Shown in pieces: positions 24,470-37,879 of a stretch of 64,000 nucleotides of DNA. The stretch is taken from NCBI RefSeq assembly GCF_009834535.1, contig NC_045698.1:8682001-8746000 (forward strand). Reading direction: 5' to 3'. Below the pieces are notes generated by a model that did not search any database, was not told the DNA's origin, and saw only the letters and a program-made list of their open reading frames with translations. Source of the DNA: Camelus ferus (taxonomy: Eukaryota). A program made the translations under genes and the position numbers. Position 1 is the first letter of the stretch. Each line of letters opens with the position of its first letter.

Positions 24470-24680
24470 TTAGCTTTCTACTTATTTGGGCTTTCTTTAA
24501 TGTCATTCAATAAAATTTTATCTTCTCGACAAAGTTCTTCGGCACCTTTTATTAAGTTTACCCCTAGTGTCCTTTCTTTGTTATTATTAAGTAAATACCG
24601 TAGCTTCTTTTTAATCAGTAGGGAAATTTCTTTGTTTCTATTTTTCTGGAAGATTTTTAAAAAATGTTTCATTTTGTTTT
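24470..24680 (-). mobile_element. Very degraded L1 ORF2 fragment
   Basis: ORF 24478..24672 'LGVNLIKGAEELCRED..LLNDIKESPNK' resembles L1 ORF2 'LGINLTKEVKDLY..LLKEIKEDLNK'. Confidence 0.5.
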
Positions 24681-25899
24681 GTTTGTCATTATAAAAGAAT
24701 TTCTGCTCAGCAACTTCGGGTGTGAAAAAATAATGGAGGAGGATTTAAAATTCTGAACAGAAGAAAGTATGACTACCAAAGTATTCTATCCAGCCAAGAC
24801 AAAGTAAAGATGGAAATTTTTATCTTTTTCAAGGCAAGGTGTTAGTCAGACATAATGTATGCATTAAGCAGATGTTTTGAAACATGAGACAGACTATCAA
24901 TGGGCTCTCCATGGCACCACAAAGAGCCCCCCCCCAAAGCAATGTTAACCACAATAACAAAAAATTCTATTGATTGTAACATCCACCAGTTAGAAGTTAT
25001 TTTTTAAAAAATTTAGAGTCAATAAAACATGGTGGGAGAGCACTAAATTTATTTAAATACGCAAATTAAACAACTATGAAAATTATGGCTTCAGGAGAGA
25101 ATTTAAATGTAGTAAACTTTGACAGTGATATCATTGTATACAGCTGTGTGTCTCATGATTTTTACACAATGCACACACATGTTTAAAACAACTTAATTAT
25201 TTCTAGGCATATTGATAAGTCATTCCAAAGACAATTCCAATGTATTTAATCCTCTATTTGTTTAGCTCCAGCTATACTGCTAGCCTGGGTTGAGTTTTAT
25301 TTAGAACTTAAAAGGACAAAGTGAAAATCTGTTTTAAACCTACATCTTACGGTAGCTAAAAAAATAGGCAATGAACAAATCATCCTTGTGTAAAACAGCT
25401 TAATAAATCAAAGTGAACAGAATCTGCCCAAAATAATAAACAAAAACTAGAAGTGTGCATGATTATAAAGGATGACTGGGCTACAATTAGCATTTTACAG
25501 TCACCATTGAAAAATCCTCTCCTTTTTCTTTCTGTTGAAATGTATACTGTAATTATTTTTCATCAATGTGTTAGGCTTATCAGTAGTCTGGATGTGAAAT
25601 AACATGAGAGGAAAATGAAATGATATTTCTTTAAAATGGGTAATATCATCATTTTATAATTTAAAGTTTGGACATCATTTAAAAGTTCAAATTTCTTTCA
25701 CTTGACTTTGGTTCATTCATCTGCAAAAATAGATAATTCATCTCAGTTCAATGAATGCTAATTCTAAAATGGACAATTTAAGAAATGAAAAGATAAGGAA
25801 GCCCCACTCTGGGTCTAAAATTTCAGCAGTGATAATACACTTTTTATTCTACTTTATAAGAAATTGGTATGTCTTCAAATTGCCCCTGAAAAATTTATG

Positions 25900-28330
25900 C
25901 TACATCTTGGAATTTTTTATTTATTCCTAAAAAAGATTTTAAATTGACAGTAACCCTGATGCCACAAGTATATTTTACTATTTTTTAAAATGTTAGCTAC
26001 ATGTATTATAAATTTCAGCCTATAAAATGTACAACCTGGTGAGTTTTTAAAATTTTTTTAGTATAATCACAGATATGTAATGATTACTAGTCTCTGATTT
26101 CAGAACATTTTCAACACCGAAAAAGGAAATTCATATTCATTAAATAACAGTCACTTCATTTCCCACTATACCCAGTCTGGGAGAACCACTAACTATACTC
26201 TCTCTAAAGATTTGCTTTCTCTGGACATTTCATCCAAAAGGAGTCATACAGTGTGTGGTCTTCTGTGATTGGCTTCATTCGCATAGCACGGTGTTCTTCA
26301 GGCTCCTTTGTTGTAGCATGTAACAGTACTTTATTTTTTTTTTCATTGCCAAATAATAATCTAATGTATGGATATAGTATGTTTTGTTTAACAATTTATC
26401 AGCTGATGGACATTTGGACCATTTCATAATTTTTGGTTATTATGAATGTTGCTGTGAATAATTATACATATATTTTTTGCATGGACATATTTATTAAATT
26501 CTCTTGGGTATATACATATCTGGGAGTAGGATTGCTGGGTCATGTGGTAACTCTATGTTTAGCACTTTGAGAAACTACCAAATGTTTCCCCAAGCGCCTT
26601 CACCAGCTTACATTCCCATCAGTAATATACGAGCATTATAATTTCTCCTCAACTTGGCAACACTTATTATTTTCTATCTTTTTATTTTAGCCACCCTAGA
26701 GGGTGTTAACTGATTTCTCATTGTTGTTTTGATTGGCATTTCTCTAGTGACTAAAGATATTGAGCAAATTTTCTGTGGTTATTAGTGTTTCTAGATCTTA
26801 TATGGAAAAAAGTCTATTCAAATCTTCTGCCCAATTATAAATGGCTTATTTGGTTTTTTATTGTTGAATTGTAGGAGCCCTTCATATATTCTGGATCTAA
26901 GTTCCTAATACGATATATGACTTGCAAGTATATCTTGCCATTAAGTGGTTGCTTTTCGTTCTGGATAACATGCTTTGGAGAACCAAATGTTTTTATGATT
27001 TCTTTTAACAATTTTGTCATTTTAGCTCTTTTATTTGATGATCCATTTGTGTTAATTTGTGTATGACATAAAAAGGGGTTCAGCTTCATTCTTTCTCATG
27101 TGAGTATTCAGTTGCCCAAGACTATTTGTTGAACAACTATTCCTTCCCCATTGGAAGGTCTTGGCATCCTTGTCAAAAATCACTTGGTCAAATACAAAAG
27201 GTTTTATTTTTGGGTTCTCAATTCTATTCTTAAGTCTAGACTTATGCTGGTATCATAATCTCTTGATTTACTGTAGCTTTGTGGTAGGTTTTCAAATTGG
27301 GAGTTGTGAGTTTTTCAACTTTGTTCTTCGTTTTCAAGATTGTGTTGGTTATTCTGGTCCCTTGCATTTCTGTATGAATTTTATGATCACCTTGTCCATT
27401 TACATAAAAAAGAAAGCCAGGTTTTTGATACATATTGTTTTAAACTGTAGGTCTGTTTTAAACTGTAGGTCAGTTTGATAAGTATTGCCATCTTAATATT
27501 CTATTTCCCAATCCATGAATATGGTATATAGTTTCGTGCTGGCCTCAGCCTATCGACAACCAATGTTGTGGTCGGACCAGCCCTTGTGGTCCTTACTGTA
27601 ATTGTGAGATGCCCTTCAGCAATAACCGTCCAGAAACTTTGAAAACAATAAAGGCTTATTACGTACAGGACCTGGAAATTACACAGCACACCTCGGGCTA
27701 TACTGCGAGGGTGCCAGTAGAGAGAGAGGACAGGCAGGCCTGGGGTTCTGCTTTTATTTGGGTAGAGGATGGGGGCCTAGAGCTTCACAGGCACACTCTG
27801 TGTTGGTGAATTTAAAACACTAGAGCTGGAATTTAAAGCATGGGAAGAAAAAACAGAAGGTCCCAAATTGTCAGTTATTGAAATCCAACAAGATCTCTAA
27901 GACAAAGAACACTGTCTGCGGCCTGGCCCTTTATCCAGTCCTGTGGTTGGTCCTGTGTTTGTTCTGAAAGCAGGTGCCTCTTTGAAGTGGATGCTTCAGC
28001 AATTAAAGCTTAAGTCAGGCGCTGGCGTTGCAGAAAGAAAAAAGCAGTCAGGGTTAACACTGCAGGCATTTTCCCACTTATTTAGGCATTGTTCGTTTAT
28101 TTCTTTCAATAGTATTTTATAGATTTTTAGTGTAGAAGTTTTGCAGTTTTTTGGTTAAATTTAGCCCTAATAGTTTATTCTTTTTAATGCTTTTTAATTT
28201 TTTAAATGGATTTTTAAAAAAATTTATTTTTGAATTGTTCATTGGGAGTGCATCGAAGCACAACTGGCTTTCATGTATTGGTCTTGTTTCCTGCAGCCTT
28301 ACTGAACTTGATTATTGGTCCTAATAACAT
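25900..28330 (-). mobile_element. L1 (L1MB-like) 3'UTR and ORF2 3' part, interrupted by an LTR at 27527-28064
   Basis: ORFs 27242..27433 (ILKTKNKVEKLTTPNLKTYHKATV) and the end of 27501..27689 (IPYSWIG) are decayed L1 ORF2. Confidence 0.9.
27527..28064. mobile_element. ERV solo LTR inserted into L1
   Basis: GC-richer non-L1 block with degenerate termini TATAGT...ACTGCA and candidate TSD GGTA/GGCA; L1 text resumes on both sides. Confidence 0.7.
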
Positions 28331-28440
28331 GTATGTGCGTGTGTGTGTGTGCGCGTGCGTGTGTGTGTGTGTATGGATTCCACAGGTATCTCCTCTGTGT
28401 CTGTCTGTCTGTCTCTCTCTATGTATATATGTGTGTATTT
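28330..28440. repeat. Compound (TG/CG)n plus (TCTG)n simple repeat
   Basis: Seen directly. Confidence 0.9.
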
Positions 28441-30400
28441 TGCTTTTTTCTTAAAATATACGTGTCATCCTTCACGAATTTTTAAAGAGTTTTTGGTAAC
28501 TTTTTTTAGAATTCTGCATGGATTTTTGCAATTCATCCATATTAATATATGTAGTGGAATTTATTTTCACTGTATTGAAAATACAGCTATTTAGTTTTCC
28601 TTGTTGATGGAATGTGGGTTTTTCAACACTTTTAACATGACAAAAATGCTACATTGGACATTTTTGTATAGGTCTTTCATTCTATAACTGTTGGTTCCTC
28701 CCTCCCTCCCTCTCTTCCTTCCTTCCTTCCTCTGTTCCTCCCTTTTTACTAATATAGAGTTAGGAATAAAATCTTTGAGTTATAAGTTTTTATATACATT
28801 CCTTTATCTTTAAAAGAGAATGCCAAACTGTTTTCCAAGTAGTTGAACAATTTACATTTCAACCTGTAATATACTAGTAACATTCCTCCCTCTTTTTTTT
28901 TCAATCTGGCTCAAATAAAATGCTATATAATTGATGTCTTATCTCTATTTTTCTAATTGCTAATTGGGAATTTTTTTTTTTGCTTCTGATCGTAGCGTTT
29001 TTATGTCTTTCACTCATTTTTTCCCATTATTTGTATTTTTCTTAATAATTTATATGATTTTTAATATATTCTGGATGCTAATCTTAATCAGTTATCTGTG
29101 TTGAAAATATCATCTCCTACAGTGAAGCTTATCTTTTTCCTTTCTTTTTTACAGTGTTCCAAGTGGAAAAAACATTTTTTAAAATAATGTAGTCAAAATA
29201 TATTATCATTTTACTTTATGGTTAATGATTTTCAGTATTATTTAAAAAAATCTTAGCCTAACCTATGAACATAAATACCTTCCTACAGTCTTTTCTATAA
29301 AATCTCATTTCACCTTTGAGCGTTTAAGTCTAATCCAATGGAGCTTTATTTTTATTTGTGGAAATGGTCCTAGCACTGTTCACTGCATATTCCTTCACTG
29401 TCTCATGTATTTGCAAGACTGGATCTCTCTTACATCAAGTTGCCCCAGTTCATGTTTTCTTTCTGTCCTCTATGTTATTATGTGTTTATCCCTGTGCTAC
29501 AAATCTACGGCCTGTCTTAGTGGCTGGCAGACACATCCAGCTATCTTGCTTTCCTTAAGAGTAACTAGACCATTTGTGGGGCTTTTAAATATTTATACTC
29601 ATTTTTAGAACTTTCTATTCATGTTTCAGTTCAGACTTGAGTTGAAATTGCTTTCAATCCGCAGATCATAATGGTTAACACATTTTGAGCCTTATTTTAA
29701 AGATCTCAATCTAACCTCTGATCTTAAAGACCCCCTTTTTTTTTTCAGTCTTTTAAAATTCATTGTATGGAATTCTTGGCCGACTTCCATCTGATTTCTC
29801 TTAAGAATACTGTTTGTTTGTTGCTAGAGTAAAAGGGCCTTCTTAATTAGATTCTCTGTTTATTACTTTGTTAATACCATTTTTCTATTGATAGTCTATT
29901 CAGCCACCCTTATTTATAATACTTTATGGGCAGATTCTCTTGGATTTTCTATGTAAGGAGTCATTTTTATCTGCATATAAAACAGTTTTGTTTTTCCAGG
30001 CTTTTCCTTTTTACTTTCATTTTTATTTTTCCTGCAGTTTATTAGTTGGAAGAAGTCAGGTTGTTTGTACGATGAACTACCATAATCGGGATTTGCCTGT
30101 GATTTTGTATAGCTTGCTCTTCTGTCTCCTGAATTTCCTATCTCTAGATTACTAGTTAAATCTAGAGACTTGATCAGACCTACCTTTCTTCTTTCTTTCT
30201 TCTTCTCTTTCTTTCTTCCTCTCTTCCTCTCTTTCTTTCTTTCTTTCTTTCTCTCTCTCTCTCTCTCTCCCTCTTCCTTCCTTCCTTCCTTTTGCATATT
30301 TATTGGGTGGTTTTGTGTACTTCCAACAGGAGACCTGTAAATGTGTATTTGTTTCATTTTTTAAGCTGTTAGCCGTACTTCATGATCATTGCTTAGAACT
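28440..30400 (-). mobile_element. Old L1ME/L1MC4-like fragments
   Basis: Diverged antisense L1 motifs ('tgccaaactgttttccaagt', 'gattctcttggattttctatg', 'tctagagacttgatcaga'). Confidence 0.6.
30183..30292. repeat. Polypyrimidine (TTTC/TC/TTCC)n tract
   Basis: Seen directly. Confidence 0.95.
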
Positions 30401-30922
30401 AACTGATAGATTTCAAAATATGGTCACAAATTCTTCTCACTCCATTATCCCTGCTCTCTCTGCAACGGACTTTCCCACTCTTACAATTAAGATAAAGGAT
30501 TCACTTCCCACTCTCTTGACTCTGTGCTGACATTGTGACTTACTGTGATTGACATAATTTAGTGGATGTAAATTTGAGGGTTTGAAGCCTAGGACCCAAG
30601 AGAGACCTTTTTGCCTTCTTGCTGCCCCATAACTATTAGTTGAAGAAATTTAAGATAGCCTCTTAAATATGAAAAATAGTGGGTAGAGATAGAGGCCGAG
30701 CTGGTAGTTCCAACTGACAGATGTGTGAGTGAAACTCTCTCTATTGGCATGTCTGACTAGTTCCATGTACACGATTCAGGAGAAATAAGCAGGAGACCTG
30801 TCTGGTTAAGTCCTTACATTCCCAGAATTGCTCCTCCAAAGAATTGTAAGCTAACACATGACTGTTCTTTTAAATGACTATTTTTGGGAAGATTTATTAC
30901 AGATTAATGGATAACTGATACA
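30400..30922 (+). mobile_element. MLT1 (F/G/H-like) LTR inserted in L1MC4-like sequence
   Basis: 'atggtcacaaattcttc..ttgtgacttactgtga..gaagcctagg' and terminus GATAACTGATACA. Confidence 0.75.
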
Positions 30923-31434
30923 ATCTTTTAATTAATTCCAGATTATGAAATGGTGATATTCTAATTCTATCAGTGCTTTCTTACAATCTGCAATACTTCT
31001 ATAATAAGGAACTTTCCTACATCAACTATATTGTTACCTTAAGGTACAGTTCATTTAGGGAAAAAAATACAGAAAACTAAATTAATTCCATCCCTTTATC
31101 TACCAGTTTTGAAATTAATTAGTTGGTTTCTTAATACACTTTAAAGATATGCAATGCATTTCTCCCCTATCATTACAAACTCATGGATTTAAACATATTA
31201 AATGCATCTGTACCTAAAGAGCCCAATTTTTTATTAGTTGAAGTTGTAGATAGGATCTTGCAGCTCTTGATTTCCACTTTTCCAACAATTTTTTTTATAA
31301 CAGAAATTGACCTCAAAGAATCACAGATGTCAAACTTGTTTCTCTGATAACGCAGAGTTTAAAGAACAACTGCCCTTTGCCTTAATTAAAATAATCTGTT
31401 GTCCAAGACATACCCAAACATTGATTTCAGAATA

Positions 31435-31610
31435 CTGTAGCCACTTTCTACCTGGGTGGTCTAGAGCAAGTCTTGATTTCTTCTGAGCCTCACTTTACTC
31501 ACCTTTAAATAGGAATAATTTTACTCGATAAAATATTTATAAAAATTAAGTTAGACCACATGTGGAAAGGTTCCTCCTGGGGTTTCTGGTCCATAGTAGG
31601 CACTCAGAAA
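31435..31610 (+). mobile_element. MIR SINE
   Basis: 'gccactttctacctgggtg..gcaagtc..ctgagcctcactttactcacctttaaatagg' core. Confidence 0.75.
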
Positions 31611-33569
31611 ACTTAAAGTATTTTTATTTTTTAGCTTCTTTTCTACCCCCTTCTCTGTGGCAGAAATTGCTGCAAATTCCTTTATGATACCAGACTACTT
31701 GATTTGATCAACATTCAAATATCGTTCCAGAAGAGAAGAGATGGGGTGTATTTTAATTCCTCTTTAATTTTTGACATGTCCTAATCATATTGAACTATTT
31801 GTAATTTAATATGTTCCCAGTGACCAGTTGAACGCGTTATATACGAATTTACAATATTTTATTTGTGAAAAGCATATTTGAATGATACATATTTAGCTGC
31901 CAAATTTACTTTGCTAATTAAACATTCTTGAGCACAGTCATTATATTTTTGATCTAATTAAAAAGCTTAAAGAATTTAAAAGAACTGCTGCTTCCTTTCA
32001 CTCTCCTCCCTTGCCCACAAACTGTGCCCTTTCAATAATCTTGAGTGTCATACCAGGCAGTGACAAGTGGCAAGAGAGACCATGGAGGTCAAACCACTAA
32101 TTTCAGTGCTCCGTTTTAGAGCTGGCCTCACTTTCAAAATGAAAGAAATTTAAAATACTGGCTTAAATGAGACCTCATGAGTATCTCTGGATTTTTATTA
32201 TCTCTGATTTCATATTAATGCTTTAAATTTTCAGTGGGAAAAAAAGGAAGAAAAATAACCCTCTGGTTCTTTCCTGGCTCCCAAAGTTCCCTTAGATCTT
32301 CTAGATCTAGTTAACATGTTAGACATTTAGAAACCACCCTGGAAAAATTCTCTTTGGGTTAGCAGCTGAGAATACCATCAGACCCTTTTGTGATTAAATA
32401 GAGAAATTCTGAAAAGACTAGAGAAAGAGCAAAGATATGAACCAAGCCTGTGAGCCAATGCAAGATGGGATCTGACACAGCCCAGGCATGCAAGATACAT
32501 CTCATGTAGGGTAAATACTGGTCAGTCTCCTCCTTGGCCTCCAACAGTCCTTGGATTTTAGTTTCCCATTTTTGTAGAGTGCCCTTCCCTTCTAATCTCC
32601 TCTCCTAACATTTCTGTTTCTATGGGTAATGGCAACATCTTTCTATCCCATAGACGCTCTATGTTTTTCCCATTTCGCTGTCTACATGAGAACAACCCAC
32701 TGAGTAGAAAAATTGCAATTTCAAAAATACATGCCCTGTTGGGACTTTGCAAACTGGTTTATAAATTTCCTAACCCTCATCTAGTCACAAATTCTCCTCT
32801 TTCTGATTTTGTTGTTATTGTTGTTGTTGTTGCTGTTGTTACAACTCACGCAAATAAAATGGACTCACAAAACCCGTGATATTACATTGCACAAAAGCCT
32901 GGTACACAACAAGGAATAAACAGATATTTCTGAATGACTAAAACTAACATGCTTACTGTAGGTTAACATGCCTAAGCGACTTCATCTGTTGCTCTAATTT
33001 ATTTTGTGCATTTCCAAGTACTTTAATATGGGTACATGTTACAATCAAAGAACTAACCAGTTAAATATGCTTTCATCGGGGAAAAAATAAAGATTTGTGC
33101 TTTGAACTTTATACATAAGCAAGTCATAACATGAAATATGTTTTGATTTCACTTTCTATCTTTAAATTTCACAACATAAAGCTGAACTCAATCAATCACC
33201 TTTTATTAAGCTTTAATTTAAACTAATTCAATTTATACTGGGGATTAAATTATAAATAGTTTCCCACTTTACTCCTCTAGGTATTTTACCTTAAACTTCC
33301 TGCCATCTCGTTGAACTCCTCAAGAGGGTCTGAATTTTTATTATAGTAATAATAACAACCAATGTCTCAATTTCCTCATTGCAAAAAAAGACACTTTGTG
33401 AGGTTTAATTGTGACATAGCATTTGATATAGAAAACAACAGATAAATAACAGCTAGGATTATTTACAGAATATATTTTCACAAGGAAACAATATATAGTT
33501 GTGCATTAAGTTATTTATCTTCAGAAGAAAGAACAGATGCTAATTAATGTTGAATTTCTTTTTCCACAG

Positions 33570-34250
33570 GAAGAGAGACCCTCTTGAGCTAAATCAAGAA
33601 AAATGAGGAGGAGGCTTACTCCAAGGATTCCATAGCAACCTGGGTCATAGATGTCAAGAAAGGAAGGAGAATGTTGCCGGGCCTGAGAAGACCTGGGATC
33701 CTGGGCTTAAGGCAGCTTTCTCTGACCATGAACACACTGATGATGATCTCTTTTAATTTTTCTTGTGTGTGATGCTCATTGTGTTGTTGTTGGTAGGCCC
33801 AGATTTCTCTGATGCTCAAAGAGTACAGAGGCACCTCTCTGACTCTGGGAAAAGGTGAATGAAGAAGTACCTATGAAGACAGGGCTCCAGGCAGCTGAGA
33901 CATTTGCAGTTTTTCTCTGCGTGTCTTTTACTCATGACTTCTTTTCTCTGTGTGTCTGCTGCTTTTTGTCTGTCTCTTACCGACTGTATCTGGATATTTA
34001 CAGTTCTACCCACTTCCCTGGGTCCTTTGCTCCATGGAGCTTGGTCCAGTCTCAGAGCCCCATGACCTGTCTTCCCAAGACTTCATCCTCAGATTGTCTT
34101 CTCCGTGGATACAGATTCCTGAGAGAGAGAGACTATAAGGAAAGATGTCAGCTTAACTCTGTGAAAGCATCCATTGCTGATGGGCAGTTCTTGGCCCAAC
34201 TGATTCACTGAGCCTCGGTGGTTCACAGAGTACTGCACCGGCCATTCTGT
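33570..34250 (-). mobile_element. Ancient MaLR/ERVL-type LTR (degenerate)
   Basis: 'cagattcctgagagagagagact..cagctt..tccattgctg..ggcccaact' motifs; weak similarity only. Confidence 0.4.
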
Positions 34251-35527
34251 GGGCAGAGTCCCAGAGCAAGCAAGGGATACACCTAGAGGAAGACGTGAGA
34301 AGGGTAAGGAGTGACTGGTACGCCAGGTAGAAGAAAGTGTGGATCCTAATTTCCAAGGAAAGTCATCACACTACCTTGGATAAATTCTTCAAAAATATTA
34401 AAACATGAAAATCTTTTGAAATGATGTAAAATAGAGTTAACTATCAGTGGGCAAAAAAAATTTTTTTTGAGCCACTGCCAAGAGGTTTTGTGTTTATTTT
34501 GGCACATAGAAGAAATAACTGTGAATCCCTAAAACGTGGAGCAATTCTTTTCATTAGGAATATGTGATTAAGTGAGCCGGCCTAAAATAGTTCTGGTCTT
34601 TAAAGAAAGTCTCCCTCTAACGGGACCACTGAAGCAGAAGCATAGATCATAAATAAAACAGAGAACAGTGCTGGAAAGGCATAAACACAGGCGTAAGGTT
34701 CCATTTCCTTCTCTTGTTTATTATCTCCTCTTATTTCCTTTTAGAAAAGGCAGCACTGGAGAGCCAAAATCGCCACCCTGAAAATCTATTTTTCAACCCC
34801 TTCCCCCCACTCGCCAAATCCCCGTTCACTTTATGAGGTCTGTGGCCCCACTTCCTGGCTTCTTCCATCATTAGTGTTTTGCTTCCTCCCACTCGCCAAT
34901 AAGGGGTAGAAGGGGAGCAAATTATGAAGCTGGGTTTCCACATTGTGGAATTTAACTGTCCCATTTGTCACCAAAGAACACAGCCCCGAAGTGTCTCTGT
35001 CCAGCATAATCCTCGGATGATTTGAGAGACCTTGTAGTTATGGATGGCTGTGGAAGACCAAGCTGAGTCTCTAGCCGTCAGATTCCATCGTTAATTAAGG
35101 CAGATCACCTGAGCATTGCATCCGGGGACCACCTGGTTCTGAAAACGTGCAGAATTGCAGTTGCACTGGGGCGGTTTCCCGCTGACACCCAAGAAAGGCT
35201 GCGGCAGGAAACAGCAGGAAGACTGAATGACCCGCAGGGAAGCATATCAGTGTGCCCTGTGCTCCCCACCCCTCCCGCCCAGATGTCCTCTGTGAGACCC
35301 ACTGAGAGCAGTTACTACAGTTAATATCCGGGGGGAGTTCTGCTGCTTGAAGATGATATTTTTCCTTCCGTGACAATGAGAATTAAATGGGTAACCATCC
35401 GCAGCTCTCTTAATCAAAGAAGGAAGTGCAGTCAGGAAACTCCCAACCAAAATCTGGACTTTTCTCAGGTTCTCCTTCCTCCAGCCCAGCCCTGTCATAC
35501 ACACTGGACATCAGGTGCCTCCCCTCA

Positions 35528-35648
35528 GAAAAAAAAAAAAAGAAAAAAAAAAAAGGAAAAGAAGAAAAGAAAAAGGTAAAAAGAAGAAAAGGAAAAAAGT
35601 TTTTTAAAAATTAAAAAAGAAAGAAAAAGAAAGAAAGAAAGAGAAAGA
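35528..35648. repeat. A-rich polypurine tract (about 120 bp)
   Basis: Seen directly. Confidence 0.95.
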
Positions 35649-37879
35649 GCACCTCCAGGCAGAGACACCCTGAGGTGCAGTGACCCTGCAACTTTGCACC
35701 TGTCTCCCGGTCAGTTCACGTGTGATAAAGCCCATGCTGTTACCACAAGTGTCTAAGCCACATCTAGCTCTTCCTTCACATATGTGACTTCAGAATCCAG
35801 ACACATCAGACATCTGAGTGAAATTTACCACATGTGAGACTTTTATAAAAAAAACAACATCATTAAATAAACTTGACGCTTCCCGTCTGTGCTAAACCTC
35901 TCCTGTCCAGGACCGCTGGGGCCACAGGGGGCCATTCTCTGCCCTGAGCCCAGCCCTTCACAGAGGGGACTGAGCCCGGATCCACCAAGCATTTCCCTCA
36001 GGCAGTCGGCTCGTCGACATCAGTGAGTGTGGCAATGGAGAGAACATTGGTTTCTCTCTTTCATACATACGGCACGGAAAAAAAGGACGCTGGCCTGATG
36101 AGGGAGGAGATTCAGTAAACAGAAGTGAGATGAGCTGGGTGAGGAGGAAGAAAATCAGAAGGGCACCCAATGCCCGCCTCCTGTCCCTTCCGGAGGCCGG
36201 GCCTGCCTCCCTCCTGCTGGTCCAGGAGCCCCCAGTCTCCCCTTGGTCTGCTCCCCACCCCCTTCCTGTGGTCCAGGGGGGCCTGGGATCACTGCATACT
36301 TGTTGCCTTGCTTTGATTTTAATTGGATTATAATTAGATTCAATCTCAGACATACACACCCAGAATGTAGGTTTTTATTTTAAAATGATCAGAATCTTGC
36401 ACATTACTATGTACACAGTGGGTTCTCTCTCTCTTAACATAATATATATAATTCCATAAATTAAGAATTAACGTATTCATTCTTGTGGCCTTGGTTTCTG
36501 TCCACATCCCAAGGGTCTCATAAATCATTAACTGTCCCCTAACTCCTGGAGCCCGGGCACGTGAAATGGTTCTCCATCCTCACGTTGTCTGCAGCCTTGG
36601 TCCCACACCGCCTCTCCACCTGAGTCCCACGTGGACCTGTTCCACAGGTAACACCCTGACCTGCCGCCGGTCTCTGCAGCTGGGCCGGTTCTGCCCTTCC
36701 TACTGCTACTGCACCAGATGCAGGGCATCTGCCCCTCCTCCCGTATCGGCTCTCCCTGTCTCTCAGGCTTCTCTCTGGCCAGAGCCCCATCACCAGCTCT
36801 GGGTCGACACCTCACACTGCAGGACAGCTCTGAATCTTCCAGAACACAGTCGGAGCCCCTGCCCCTCCTCCTCCCCCTAGATTACTGCCAGCTTTATCTC
36901 AGCCCCACCGTTAGGGCCCAGAGAAACTTACCTTCCTTTTTTTTTTTTTTTTTAACTTTACACACTTTTTTGTTATTAAATGAGAAAATCTCATTTGTTA
37001 CATCATCACATGGGTAGTCAGAGAGATGCTTCAGTGACGAAGAAAGTCCATGTGGGGTCAACCAAGTCCTCCTTTCTGCAACATTTGCTTACAAAAGGAT
37101 GCTCAACACAGCCCAACACAACATTCTTGGTTGTCTTCATATTGAAGTCCCCCCCCAAATCGTCTTCTATTGGGGTGTTTTACTACATAAATTATAGTTC
37201 TTCATTTTTACAATTCACCCCAAACTCTGTGAGAGATGCAGCACACTCACATTTCTAAAGCTCTTAGGAACTCCTCCCCACATCATGGTCAGCTGATGTA
37301 TCCCTGCTACTTGTCCCTGTGTTGTCATTCTTCATAGTGGGTTTGAAAGGGCTGGTTTTTCAAGATCCAAAATTGAAGTCACAGATCGGACCATTTCTCA
37401 AAATAAGTTCTTATGTAGAACTGTCTTAGCAAAAGCAACAGTACTCTGCATGCAAGACATTTGTGAAGATCAAACTGAACAAGTAATTGGATGTGAATGT
37501 ATTTATTTTAGAAAACATAACATGTAATGTTGGCATATATTGTGATGCAAGTTTTAAAAATATAGGCTAGGGTGTACAAATCAATCCTTCAGTAAAATTT
37601 AGCCTGGAGAGTGATGGCGAAGCATAAGTAATGGGCCAGTTTAGACGAGAAAATATTAAGAATTTTGCCAAAGGGAGGAAAAATATGAATATTCTTAACA
37701 AGTCAGATAATATTTGAAAAGATAAAAGGTGTTCCCAGCACAAGATGTTAATTTTGGTTCCTGTGCACAGTGAGAAATAAAATGAATCTGACATATCTTT
37801 TTCTTTCTTAGGCAGTGCTGTTTGTTCCCTAGGACTCTGCTCTCAGCCAGGTGTTTTAAAACTGACGTTTTAAATTCAG

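Noticed and set aside
29914..30357. 147-aa K/E/R-rich ORF
   Set aside because: Produced by the (TTTC)n simple repeat and L1 debris
32113..32123. GTTTTAGAGCT matching the start of the Cas9 repeat/sgRNA scaffold
   Set aside because: Single 11-mer with no repeat-spacer array; chance match
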